NCBI GenBank assembly: GCA_015064745.1
Contig: SVRR01000006.1
Location: forward strand, 115-64,114
Source: Oscillospiraceae bacterium
Lineage (GTDB): Bacteria > Bacillota > Clostridia > Oscillospirales > CAG-272
Length of the DNA: 64,000 bases
Reading direction: 5' to 3'
A program made the translations under genes and the position numbers. Positions within the stretch are counted from its first letter, which is position 1, and every line of letters starts with the position of its first letter. This document shows, in pieces, positions 31,901-40,977 of this stretch. Below the pieces are notes generated by a model. The model saw only the letters and a program-made list of their open reading frames with translations. It had not been told where the DNA came from and did no database searches.

Positions 31901-32730
31901 TCCATCATACAAACACGTTCAAAGGGAGCTGCCTCAGGAGACCAGAAAGCAGGGTCTTGAGAATCAAACAGCACACCTACGGGGCTGTCCTTGGTGCCGA
32001 GACGGAAGCGGACGGGGGTACGGCCCGCGCTTGCGGTCTCGTTCTTACCGTCATCATAATCGCTTCTGTTCAAGCCGTAAACGACCTGGTTGATCGCGTT
32101 CAGCTCACGCAAAATAGCATACGCATTTGCGTAAATGCTGGTAATGTTTGTGCGGTCACCGCTCTGCTTGCCCTCGTAGATATCGGGGCAGGCAAGAAGC
32201 GCTCTCGCGTGAATTGTGGTCTTTTCGCCAAACTTCTCACGGATGACCTTCTTTACGTAAAGGGTCAGAGGAATGAAGGAGCCGGAGCCCGTACCGCCCG
32301 CGAGAGAAGCAACGGTGTAGATGTCAATGTCGATTGAGGGATTGGTCTTGTCCGCCAGCTTCTCGATTGCCTGCTCGAGAATGGTTCTTTGTCTTCCGTT
32401 CATGGCATTGAGGAAGGCGAGATAGGACTGCTTTCTCCACTGACCTGCGCCGATGGAAATGTTATTGCTGTCAAAGATGGAATCCGAGGGGAAGAAATCG
32501 CCCCATACGGATTCGCCAAGGCGCTCCTTTACCGTCTTTACGGTTACGTTATCCGAAAGGGAAACGATGGTTGCGGCATCGATATTCTTTTCGTCAGCCA
32601 TGTTGGTATCAAGCACGATGGAAACGATGTTGACATCGTTTTGCTTGCCCATCTTGTTGATCTTCTTTTGCAGCATGTTTGCCGCGCGGCTGCCGGTACC
32701 ACCGACGCCAAGGATGAGGACACTCTTCAT
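28936..32730 (-). CDS. Tubulin/FtsZ-like GTPase (Tubulin_2/FtsZl1-type), paralog B, 1264 aa
   Basis: ILGVGGTG (T1), GAGQ (T3), SLAGGTGSG tubulin signature, YANAYAILREL; AAGGAG RBS. Confidence 0.9.
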   Translation of the reverse strand: MKSVLILGVGGTGSRAANMLQKKINKMGKQNDVNIVSIVLDTNMADEKNIDAATIVSLSDNVTVKTVKERLGESVWGDFFPSDSIFDSNNISIGAGQWRKQSYLAFLNAMNGRQRTILEQAIEKLADKTNPSIDIDIYTVASLAGGTGSGSFIPLTLYVKKVIREKFGEKTTIHARALLACPDIYEGKQSGDRTNITSIYANAYAILRELNAINQVVYGLNRSDYDDGKNETASAGRTPVRFRLGTKDSPVGVLFDSQDPAFWSPEAAPFERVCMMEKIVNVSSIIAHDEALANTLYSLICTKAGGELDSIWSNEEKKRANETGHNCMFAGIGSSEIHYPIDEMLEYFAWRKTQDDAEGAWLVLHNATEAQIAEKRQKAKEMRKEYHLTVKDYAKLFTDAKDAEERTPTCNVTEMLKDAVMPTIEKDGKFVPYNILEEYWKEIKKALIALAPDNKDQLDAISDITKVDAAGLFAGKSEKEAKGNQVVEIANEIYESLNSYYKMAVDEVNSQLNVVADAILPMDPKKDPLANQKLSFTENVLAKDGYYIHPVAAMLQLCSFRLLLEREGAALRGKEWRDVGAYEIGDLPHDFLECGDVDTLQLGSRAAKSAYLKGETSRFSTFLDPSAAEAYKAQKTDYSVDSEALIKDGDMLLTSLKNDAGEMVLRRTIETLKGRIDAMIESYRSFFGRFAEQKDRLKEKVKRAEEDKAKGADTSCVYVGASIEQRRRHYELMMEDSMADEREGISTAGEGVFAIAYKMSCAKKGTVAEDERVDATAVFDTMKASNLKQIAKGDYCVALRARNVFEVLAEENRGKEYDAAKTAILTAFEMAKPALQVKSGGMHKTQGVVLAPKKVEDYLQKNTDRFGIAPSAACTDDLVTRFCPESFVRIEDTVPENTIFICRALMSVNSVDIVKVNEKSGEDGYYKRYLEAVKVGEDQKNDSMFPHLGFNWHKRGYLPYINPDLEAEADKKLFKALLYAIMNGEISYSAEYSDRAFRFAGEKIVGDGRFVDENNLIGLIAWLRPQDDKIEKWCQEFDRNVEDQLSVLPKTGFAHEIPAAKAKLTTTKYLSMLRRNIFENLLNNAPAGSSARTVLQKKLNKSLFEFAYAVKVEEESRGGYDCNDAEKILAVVSDLLWDLCERVVSSTDDLFAEVYMWELDYFIAEMFCDEDIPEATALDTAKMMLQFANRAGCFMEIVPSAEPGKGKWAKRAFNFNAFQEDRMARCVSNVRKSRGIDVAPKKETPVEAAPVAETAPAAPANSEE

Positions 32731-32798
32731 TTTTGTTCTCCTTGTTTCTTTGTTTGTTTATATATAATTTAAATAATGAAAGCTTTGGCTGTCAAACG

Positions 32799-35700
32799 TC
32801 ATGCGTTTGCCTGTTCCTCACCCATGGGAACGGGGGTAGAAGCATTGGAGTCACTCTCGCTCTTGGCGCGACTTCTCGCTACGCGGTCAAGAGAGGACAT
32901 ACGGTATTCAAGAAATTCCGCGAAATTGAAATCTCTCTTTTCCCATTTTTTGCTGGGATCGCGGCTGGGAACGATCTCCATAAAGCTGCCCGCACGATTC
33001 GCGAAATGCAGAAGCGTTTTGACCACGGCAACACGGTCGCCGTCATCTTCGGGCATATCATCGTCAAGATACATCTCGGCAACAAAGTAGTCGAGCTCCC
33101 ATTCGTAAATTTCCTTGAACTGATCCTTGTCGCTGCTGACGACGCGCTCGCAAAGCTCCCAAAGGAGGTCGCTGACCACCGAGAGGATCTTTTCTCCGTC
33201 GTTACAGTCGTAGCCGTAATGACCCTCCTCCTCGGTCTTGATGCGATACGCAAACTCGAAAATATTCATATCGAGCTTCTTCTTGATCTTCGCGTATTTC
33301 TTTTCGTCCTCGGGGCTTGCCTTTTCCTTACCCGCCGTTTTAAAGAGATTTTCAAAGATGTTGCGGCGAAGCATCTTCAAATACTTCGTCAAGGTAAGCG
33401 CTGTCTTCGCCTTTCCGATCTGATGGACAAAGCCGGTAGACGGAAGCGACGAAAGCTGCTCCTCTACGTCACGGTCGAACGCATCGCTCCACTGCGCGAT
33501 CTTATCATCCTGCGGACGGAGCCACGCGATCAGCCCAACGAGATTGTTATCATCCACAAACCTACCGTCACCCACGATCTTCTCTCCATCGTAGCGGAAA
33601 GCAAGGTCGCCGTATTCCTTCTTGAAGGAAAGCTCGCCGTTCATGATAGCGTAAAGCAAAGCCTTGACCATTCTCTTGTCGGCGGCAACCTCAAGCTCGG
33701 CGTTGATGTAGGGGAGATATCCGCGCTTGTGCCAGTTGAAGCCAAGGTGGGGGAGCTTACTGTCATCGGAGTAGCCCGAGCCGTCTCCGCACTTGGAGTA
33801 ATCGGAGCCTGCCATCTTGACCGTTTCAAGATAGTACTTATAATATCCGTCCTCAAGGTTGTTCTCGTTGACCTTGATAATGTCAATGGAATCCACGCTC
33901 ATGAGCGCGCGGCAAACGTAAATGGTATTGGCGGGAATGCCCGCTTCCAAACGCACAAGGGCATTTTGGCACCACTTACCGATAAGATCGTCCGCGCAAG
34001 CACGCGCGTCGCCGCCGCCAACCGACAGATCGAACACGTGCGAGTTCGCTTCAAGGTATTCCTCAAGCTTTTCGGGCACGAGCACAACGGCCTGCTCCTT
34101 TTGCATTCCCGTCTCATTGACGCGAAGGGCGGGCTTTGCCATTTCGTACGCCGTTGCGATGATCTTTCTTCCGATCTCGCTTTCCGCGCCCGCGTTCTCG
34201 TCCGCGATCACCTCAAGAACGTTCTTTGCGGCGATCTCCTGATAGTAATCGGAGCGCTTGATGGATGCTTTATTCGCTTCATACATAGCGGAGAAGACGC
34301 TCGTGGTATCTACCTTAATGTCATCCTCTGCCTTAAAGCGCTTAGCGCATGCCATGCCGTAGGCGATGGAGAAAACGCCCTGCCCGGCGATTCCGCCCTC
34401 GGCACCGCCCGACATCATGTCGCCGACAAGTCTCTCGTAATGCTTTCTGCGGCTCTCAACCGAAGCGCCTACGTAAATGCAAGAGGTCTCGGTGGAGGCG
34501 GAGCGTTCAATCTCCGCTCTCTTCACGCGATCGGAAAGGCGTGACTTCTGCTCGGTAAAGCGGCGGAAGAAGGCGCGGTAGGATTCAATCAGCGCGTTCG
34601 CACGGTCGGCAACCTGTGAAAGCACACGGCGAAGCAGCATTTGAACGGCTTGATTTTTGAGGGAGGTCAAAAGAAGATCTCCATCCTTGATGAGCGCCTT
34701 GTTATCGATCTCGTAGTCGGTTCTCTCCTTGGCATATGCCTGCTTTCCGTTCTCGGAAAGCATTTCGGTAAAGCGCGCTCTCTCCTTTTTCAGGTAAGCG
34801 CTCTTGCCCGTTCTTGCGCCGAGATCAAGAATGCTGACGTCGTCGGTGCATTCCAGAAGCTCAAAGGGCAGGCTTCCCACCTCAAAGGTGGAGAGATCCT
34901 TCCAATCGCGGCTATCCATGCGGGAAAGCTCCTCGGCGATAGCAAGACGCAAGGTGCAAAGCTGCATCATTGCCGCCACGGGATGCACATGCACACCGCC
35001 GCGCGCGAGCACGTTGTTTACAAAGGAAAGGTCAAGGCTTGCCGTGGGATCCTTTTTCATGTCAAGCGGCAGGATAGCGTCGGCGCAAATACCAATCTGG
35101 CTGCGGATCGCCTCGACTGCCTTCTGATAATAATCGTTGAGGTAATCGTAAACCTCCTCCGCGTTGTTGGCGACCTGCTGTGCCGCGGTCTCCTTCGCGG
35201 TCTTGGGGGCTAAAAGCATCGGATTCTTTACGGGATTGATATCCGACGCGATCTGTCCCGCGATATCGCTGTGATCGGGAATAAGCGCTTCCAGTGCCGC
35301 CTTCAAGCGAGTGAAATACTCGTTGAAGACGAACTTTTGCTCTTCCTTGCCGTCGCGGCGCTCATAATATCGCGTCGCCGCGCGAATGATCTCGGTGATA
35401 TTGCCCGTTTCGGTGCGCTCCTCTGCCTTCTGCGCTTCTAAGAAGAGCTTCGCGTAATCCTCGGTGGTGAGATGGTATTCCTTACGCATCTCCTTGGCAA
35501 GCTTGCGCTTTTCGGCAATCTGTGCCTCGGTCGCGTTGTGGAGAAGCAGCCACTCGCCCTCCACATCGTCACGCGTTTTGCGCCACGAAAAATATTCGAG
35601 AAGGGTATCGATCGGATATTGGATTTCAGAAGAGCCTATGCCGGCGTACATGCAGTTATGACCCGTTTCGCCCGCGCGCTTCTTTTCCTCGTTGGACCAA

Positions 35701-36629
35701 ATGCCGTCAAGCTCCCCGCCCGCTCTCGTGCAAACGAGGGAGTAAAGGATGTTTGCCATCGCCTCGTCATGCGCGGCGACCGAGGAAACGTTAATGATCT
35801 TCTCCATAAGACAAACACGCTCAAAGGGGGCTGCCGTAGGAGAATGATACCTCTTGCTTTTGGAATCAAAGAGGACACCGACGGGGCTATCCTCACTTCC
35901 GAGGCGGAAATTAACGGGCGTTCTTCCGCGGCGCGCGTTTTCGCCCTTACCGCTGTCATATTCCTCACCGTTCAGCCCATACACGACCTGGTTGATACCG
36001 TTGAGCTCACGCAAAATAGCGTACGCGTTTGCGTAGATGCTGGTAATATTCATACGGTCGCCGTTCTGCTTTGCCTCGTAAATATCGGGGCAGGCGAGCA
36101 TAGCTCTCGCTCTTACGGTAGCGTTCGGGAACATCTGACGCAATCTCTTTTTCACATACAGCGTCAAGGGGATAAAGGAGCCCGAGCCCGTACCGCCCGC
36201 AAGAGAGGCTACGGTGTAAATGTCGATAGAAAAGGTTGCCTGCGTCTGGTCGACCAGCTTTTGCAGGGCATTATCAAGATCGTTTCTGCGGATCGAGTCG
36301 TTCATCGCGTTTAAGAAGGCGAGGTAGGACTGCTTTCTCCACTGACCGGCACCGATGGAAAGATTATTCTCATCGTACTTATGATCTCTCGGAAACCACT
36401 CGTTGCACTGTGCGCCGAGACGGTTACGCACCATCCCCACCGTCGCGTTCTCCGAAAGAGAGATGACCGTGGCGGCATCGATGTTTTTCTCATCCGCGGC
36501 ATTGGTGTCAAAGACCACGGAGACGATCTTAACGTCCTCGGTCTGACCCGCGCGAGAGATCTTCTTTTGCAAGAGGTTAACTGCTCGGCTGCCGGTACCG
36601 CCAACGCCGAGAATAAGAACACTCTTCAT
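32799..36629 (-). CDS. Tubulin/FtsZ-like GTPase (Tubulin_2/FtsZl1-type), paralog A, 1276 aa
   Basis: Same motifs as paralog B; start set at MKSVLILG (36629) after the AAGGAG RBS. Confidence 0.9.
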   Translation of the reverse strand: MKSVLILGVGGTGSRAVNLLQKKISRAGQTEDVKIVSVVFDTNAADEKNIDAATVISLSENATVGMVRNRLGAQCNEWFPRDHKYDENNLSIGAGQWRKQSYLAFLNAMNDSIRRNDLDNALQKLVDQTQATFSIDIYTVASLAGGTGSGSFIPLTLYVKKRLRQMFPNATVRARAMLACPDIYEAKQNGDRMNITSIYANAYAILRELNGINQVVYGLNGEEYDSGKGENARRGRTPVNFRLGSEDSPVGVLFDSKSKRYHSPTAAPFERVCLMEKIINVSSVAAHDEAMANILYSLVCTRAGGELDGIWSNEEKKRAGETGHNCMYAGIGSSEIQYPIDTLLEYFSWRKTRDDVEGEWLLLHNATEAQIAEKRKLAKEMRKEYHLTTEDYAKLFLEAQKAEERTETGNITEIIRAATRYYERRDGKEEQKFVFNEYFTRLKAALEALIPDHSDIAGQIASDINPVKNPMLLAPKTAKETAAQQVANNAEEVYDYLNDYYQKAVEAIRSQIGICADAILPLDMKKDPTASLDLSFVNNVLARGGVHVHPVAAMMQLCTLRLAIAEELSRMDSRDWKDLSTFEVGSLPFELLECTDDVSILDLGARTGKSAYLKKERARFTEMLSENGKQAYAKERTDYEIDNKALIKDGDLLLTSLKNQAVQMLLRRVLSQVADRANALIESYRAFFRRFTEQKSRLSDRVKRAEIERSASTETSCIYVGASVESRRKHYERLVGDMMSGGAEGGIAGQGVFSIAYGMACAKRFKAEDDIKVDTTSVFSAMYEANKASIKRSDYYQEIAAKNVLEVIADENAGAESEIGRKIIATAYEMAKPALRVNETGMQKEQAVVLVPEKLEEYLEANSHVFDLSVGGGDARACADDLIGKWCQNALVRLEAGIPANTIYVCRALMSVDSIDIIKVNENNLEDGYYKYYLETVKMAGSDYSKCGDGSGYSDDSKLPHLGFNWHKRGYLPYINAELEVAADKRMVKALLYAIMNGELSFKKEYGDLAFRYDGEKIVGDGRFVDDNNLVGLIAWLRPQDDKIAQWSDAFDRDVEEQLSSLPSTGFVHQIGKAKTALTLTKYLKMLRRNIFENLFKTAGKEKASPEDEKKYAKIKKKLDMNIFEFAYRIKTEEEGHYGYDCNDGEKILSVVSDLLWELCERVVSSDKDQFKEIYEWELDYFVAEMYLDDDMPEDDGDRVAVVKTLLHFANRAGSFMEIVPSRDPSKKWEKRDFNFAEFLEYRMSSLDRVARSRAKSESDSNASTPVPMGEEQANA

Positions 36630-36698
36630 TACGTTTCTCCTTAGTTTTTCAGAGTTTTGGTGCGCCCTCCGCCCCGGGGGGCGGGAGCGCATTTGCCA

Positions 36699-39600
36699 TT
36701 ACTTCGTCTTCCCTACCGAACGGGCGGAGACGAAGAGATAAAATTTGTTTTTAAGGACAAGGCCTCTCGTACCCGTTAGGGGCTGGTCGATGTTTGCCTT
36801 GCTCGTTTTCTGGGTGATCTTGACCAAAATGCCCGACATCGAAATCTTGTTGAAGTTAAAGCTTGTGCCGGGTCTCAAAGCCGCCCAACCCTTGTTTTTC
36901 AAGGTAGTGGAAACGATCAGTCCGTTCGGCTTGATCTCACCCTCCATACACTTGATGCCCGCGACAACGCAAACACCCGCGTTTTGGTGATATTTCAGCG
37001 TGCCCTCGGTCGTGGGAATATCCTTCGACCAGAAGCAGAGCCCCACGAAGGGAATGAGTCTCTTAAGGATAAGATACTCGCGAAGTCCGAGTCTCTTGAT
37101 GACGATGACCTTACCCTTTAACTCAGTCTCCTCTTTGTCGTAGTCGACGATGGGAACTCGAACGAATACGCCCTGCGGAATACGCTTGACCTTACCGAAG
37201 GTGAGCACCAGGAGGACGAGCTGAATGATGTAAAGGATCAGCAGAATACGCCATACGTAGGAAACGATGCTCGCGTCTTGGAGTGAGATCACGCCCACCG
37301 CGTTCACGTTGCCGTAATGCACGTCCATATCAAGGCCTGTTCCGAAAACCAGCATCGAGGTCACAAGTCCGCGCAAGAGGAAGAACTGTCCCGCGATGGG
37401 ACGAACGGTAAATACCGCCGTGTCTCCCACGCTCGCCACCGTGCACTCTGTGCGCACGGGCGACAAGATGGATTTGTAGGAAGAGTGATCAAGATACATG
37501 GTACCGTCGTCGAGCGCGCTTTGCAGCTCTTCGGCGGAAAGGGGTACGCCGTCGCGCAACACCTTGAAGGAAATCGTGCTTTGGTTTTTCTTCAAAGCAA
37601 AGCGGTCTACTTTACCCGTAGGCTCAAGCGGCACCACCTCGAAAACGGTGTCGGTGAGGGTGAGCTTGTGCTTGCTTTGCACAGTCTCCGTCGTCGCTCC
37701 TTGGAAGCTGGCAGTCAAAACAACATCGTATTCGCCCGTTTTGCTTGCAAGGTCCCCGAGCGTTTCTGCCGTAGGAACGTAGGTGAGAACGTTGCCGTTC
37801 ACCGAAGCGTGCTTGGTTACGTCAATGCCGCCTACCGTTAAGCGGTACGTAAGGAGCGCGTTCGCAAAGGGGATATTCACCTTCTCGGCATCCGTGCCCG
37901 CCGTGAGGGTGAAGCTATACCCCTCGGCATTGTTTATGACACCGTGGAGCGTCTTGGAAAGACTGTCCGCCCCCGTGCTCGTCAAAGTCAGTCCCGAGGG
38001 ATAGTAGCCGATGGGAACATCGATGGCGCGCGGGTTACCGTCCGCATCCTTGACCGATGCTTTAACGGTGTAGGTGCCGTACTCCTCCCCCGCCGTATTC
38101 AGAGTGACGGTGAAGGTACCGTCGGTATTCTTCTGCATAGAGAAGCCCGTGTACGCCGTTCCGTCCTCCTTCACGACCGACACCGAGGGAGAGAACGCCT
38201 CAAGCGCGGAGAGAGAGGAAAGCGCGGTGTTTTGGTTATAGACCGTAAAGGGAATCTTGAAGGTGGTAGTGTTCTCTATCGCAACGTCACCGTTCTCAAT
38301 GCGGAAGAAGGTGGGATTTTCCAGCACCACGCAGGGGAAGGATGTGTAAAGCGTATACTGACCGCCCAGCATGGTGACGGAGATGGCCATCTCCTTCTTT
38401 CCCTCCACGAGCGTGATGGGTTCGCCGGGCGCGTAGCTCTTGGTGTTGTAGGTAACGCGTGCCGAGGAGGCTCCGCCCATCAAGGAGGGGTCGACCGCCG
38501 TTCCCGTGCCCTGCTCTACGATGCGGTAGGAGAGATACACGGTGTCGTTCTTCTTCATGCTGCTGTTGATGTAAGCTGCGTCGACCTCCTTGCGGCCGTT
38601 GCCGTCTGCCACCTCGATTACCGGCTCAAGCACGAGCGCAGGCTCAAGGAGCACCGAGACGACAGCGGCGCTGCCGGGCGCATCGTCCAAGGAGAGGACG
38701 ATCTCACCGCCCGTAAAGGGCGCGTTCGCGCCGCGGCTGAGCACGGCGGTAAAGCCGCCCTTCATCGCGGTCGTGGTGGTATCAAAGCCCGCCTTCTGGC
38801 TTGCCCCGATGGGAGTGCCGTTGTAGGTGGCGGAAACAAAGCGTGCGTTGGTGTTGGTCGCCATGACCGTAACGGTACGCAGACCGAAGCCAATGCTGTC
38901 TAGGGGAATGCGGACGGTCGTGCCGCTAACCGTGACGTTTTCAAACGGATATCTGCCCGTAATGCGGTTGGCAACGTTCTTCATCACCTCACCGATGGAA
39001 GATGTGTCGGGTGCCTTGTACGCCACGAAGTTCGCCTTGTCCTTCAAGCTGTCGGCTTGGCTCAAATCGAGGGAGTCTCTGTCAAAGCCGATGTAGATGC
39101 TTTGGAAGAAGGCGTATTTGGAAAGGTCATCGTCAAATTTATCCGCCGCAAGCTTGATATTGCCTTCCAGCGTGCTTGCGGTACAGCAGTTAAAGGCACC
39201 GTCCGTGAGGACCACGAGGAAATATTCGTTCTCGCTCTTCTCGTCTGCCGCGATCTTGGAGGTCTCCTTCATGCCGTAACGGCGGACGAGCTGCTCTACG
39301 GCGACGGCAATACCCGCGTCGGGTGTACCGCCCTCGGGACTTGTGGAAAGAAAGCTCGACGCGCTCGTCATCACGCGCGTGATCTCCGCTTCTCTGTCCT
39401 CAGCTCCCAGATCGACCTCAATGACTGCGGGGTCTTGCCAGTTCGTCACCTCTGTCCAAGAGTTCTTTTGGTTCATCGGCGTAATGATCAGCGTATCGTT
39501 CTTGCCGAGGGTAGCCATCAGCGTTTGAAGCGCATACCTTGCGTAATCCCAGCGGTCGCCTACCATTGAGCCCGAGTTGTCAAACAATACGGAGACGACC

Positions 39601-39716
39601 TTGTTTTTCGTGTAGCTTGTCTGCCCGTCTGCGGCAGATGCCGACCCGATGGGCAGCATTGTTACGAGGAGAAGCACCGCAAGCAAAAGCGACAAGAGTC
39701 TGACCTTGGTTTTCAT
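36699..39716 (-). CDS. Exported, membrane-anchored von Willebrand factor A domain protein
   Basis: Signal peptide MKTKVRLLSLLLAVLLL...ASA; MIDAS DNSGS, GGTP, LTDG; Thr/Val-rich beta stalk; TM YVWRILLILYIIQLVLLVLTF; basic cytoplasmic tail. Confidence 0.88.
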   Translation of the reverse strand: MKTKVRLLSLLLAVLLLVTMLPIGSASAADGQTSYTKNKVVSVLFDNSGSMVGDRWDYARYALQTLMATLGKNDTLIITPMNQKNSWTEVTNWQDPAVIEVDLGAEDREAEITRVMTSASSFLSTSPEGGTPDAGIAVAVEQLVRRYGMKETSKIAADEKSENEYFLVVLTDGAFNCCTASTLEGNIKLAADKFDDDLSKYAFFQSIYIGFDRDSLDLSQADSLKDKANFVAYKAPDTSSIGEVMKNVANRITGRYPFENVTVSGTTVRIPLDSIGFGLRTVTVMATNTNARFVSATYNGTPIGASQKAGFDTTTTAMKGGFTAVLSRGANAPFTGGEIVLSLDDAPGSAAVVSVLLEPALVLEPVIEVADGNGRKEVDAAYINSSMKKNDTVYLSYRIVEQGTGTAVDPSLMGGASSARVTYNTKSYAPGEPITLVEGKKEMAISVTMLGGQYTLYTSFPCVVLENPTFFRIENGDVAIENTTTFKIPFTVYNQNTALSSLSALEAFSPSVSVVKEDGTAYTGFSMQKNTDGTFTVTLNTAGEEYGTYTVKASVKDADGNPRAIDVPIGYYPSGLTLTSTGADSLSKTLHGVINNAEGYSFTLTAGTDAEKVNIPFANALLTYRLTVGGIDVTKHASVNGNVLTYVPTAETLGDLASKTGEYDVVLTASFQGATTETVQSKHKLTLTDTVFEVVPLEPTGKVDRFALKKNQSTISFKVLRDGVPLSAEELQSALDDGTMYLDHSSYKSILSPVRTECTVASVGDTAVFTVRPIAGQFFLLRGLVTSMLVFGTGLDMDVHYGNVNAVGVISLQDASIVSYVWRILLILYIIQLVLLVLTFGKVKRIPQGVFVRVPIVDYDKEETELKGKVIVIKRLGLREYLILKRLIPFVGLCFWSKDIPTTEGTLKYHQNAGVCVVAGIKCMEGEIKPNGLIVSTTLKNKGWAALRPGTSFNFNKISMSGILVKITQKTSKANIDQPLTGTRGLVLKNKFYLFVSARSVGKTK

Positions 39717-39823
39717 AAAGTCTTTCCTTCCCAATTACATTTAAACGTTCTACGATACCCCGGCAGGTTTCTCTCTTTAATATTAAAGACAAAACCTTAT
39801 TAAGGGACACAATCCTACATTAC

Positions 39824-39852
39824 ATTATACTAATTAACGCGTACAAAAGCAA
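39824..39852 (-). promoter_or_regulatory. Sigma-A promoter of the vWA-tubulin operon
   Basis: TTGCTT-N17-TATAAT, the same hexamers as the S10 promoter. Confidence 0.75.
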
Positions 39853-39997
39853 CACTTTTTGAAAGATTTTCATCATTTTTGTCATTTTGTCGAAATATCT
39901 GTTCATTTCTTGTGCGTTTTGCCTACATTCTGCCATGAATTATCTACCACCATTCCCTGTTTTTGTAAACTTTCTGCGTCATTTTTAAAAAAACAAC

Positions 39998-40031
39998 AAA
40001 AAAAGACCGAAACTCTGATTTCGGTCTTTTT
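39998..40031 (-). terminator. Intrinsic terminator after metA
   Basis: AAAAAGACCGAAA-ctctga-TTTCGGTCTTTTT. Confidence 0.8.
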
Positions 40032-40047
40032 GTAAATTGAAGTTGTC

Positions 40048-40977
40048 TTATTGCGACTGATTATCCATCGTATCCAGATCGTACGGTGTGGTCTGATAGA
40101 CAAAATAGTTTAGCCAATTGGAGTAAAGAAGATTGGCGTGCGCGCGCCAAAGAACGAGGGGAGGATTCTCATGATTATCGTTCGGGAAGTAATTTTCGGG
40201 AACTCGAATGGGCTTGCCCTGCGAAAGATCGCGGAAGAATTCCTTGGCAAGCGTATCGGGATCGTACTCCGAATGCCCCGTGATAAAGATCTGTCTTCCC
40301 TCCTTCGCCTTGACGGCGTAAACGCCTGCCTTGGGGGAGACGGAAAGCACGGTAAGCGCAGGGCAAGCGGCAATGTCCTCTTCCCTCACCTCAGTATGGC
40401 GGGAATGCGGAACGAAAAAGGTATCGTCAAAGCCGCGGAAGAGCATGGACTTGCGATCAAGCACCGTGTGCTCGAATACGCCGAACATCTTTTCTTTCAA
40501 GGGATACTTCTTGATGCCGTAATGGTAATACAGCGCCGCCTGTGCGCCCCAGCAGATATGGAAGGTGCTGTGCACGTGGGTCTTGCTCCATTCCATGATC
40601 TCGCAAAGCTCATCCCAGTACTCGACCACTTCAAATTCCATCTGCTCGACGGGCGCTCCCGTGATGATAAGACCGTCGAACCTTTTTTCCTTCACGTCGT
40701 CGAAGGTCTTATAAAAGGCAAGAAGATGCTCCTCGGAGGTGTTCTTGGACTTATGGGTCTTGGTATGCAAAAGCGTCAGCTCCACCTGAAGCGGAGAGTT
40801 ACCGAGCAGGCGCGAGAGCTGTGTCTCGGTGTCGATCTTGGTCGGCATGAGGTTCAGCACCGCAATCTGTAAAGGTCGGATGTCCTGCGTCTGCGCTCTT
40901 GTTTCGGTCATGACGAAAATATTTTCCTCTGCCAGCGTTTTTGTGGCGGGCAGCTCGTTGGGTATGCGAATCGGCAT
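40048..40977 (-). CDS. metA: Homoserine O-acyltransferase, MetA family (probably acetyltransferase)
   Basis: MPIRIP..LPA, LNLMP.K, ICWGAQA; the Glu in GAPVE is the acetyl-CoA specificity determinant. Confidence 0.96.
   Translation of the reverse strand: MPIRIPNELPATKTLAEENIFVMTETRAQTQDIRPLQIAVLNLMPTKIDTETQLSRLLGNSPLQVELTLLHTKTHKSKNTSEEHLLAFYKTFDDVKEKRFDGLIITGAPVEQMEFEVVEYWDELCEIMEWSKTHVHSTFHICWGAQAALYYHYGIKKYPLKEKMFGVFEHTVLDRKSMLFRGFDDTFFVPHSRHTEVREEDIAACPALTVLSVSPKAGVYAVKAKEGRQIFITGHSEYDPDTLAKEFFRDLSQGKPIRVPENYFPNDNHENPPLVLWRAHANLLYSNWLNYFVYQTTPYDLDTMDNQSQ

Noticed and set aside
29074-34544. Two ~600-aa plus-strand ORFs that resemble each other
   Set aside because: Antisense mirrors of the two tubulin paralogs; their similarity derives from the real genes.
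28936-36629. Calling the tubulin-like genes ftsZ or plasmid/phage tubZ
   Set aside because: About three times too long, with no dcw context and no tubR, centromere repeats or mobile-element genes.
21325-39852. Operon as prophage, ICE or type VII secretion locus
   Set aside because: No integrase, att repeats, structural genes, FtsK/EssC ATPase or WXG100 genes seen, and codon style resembles the host.
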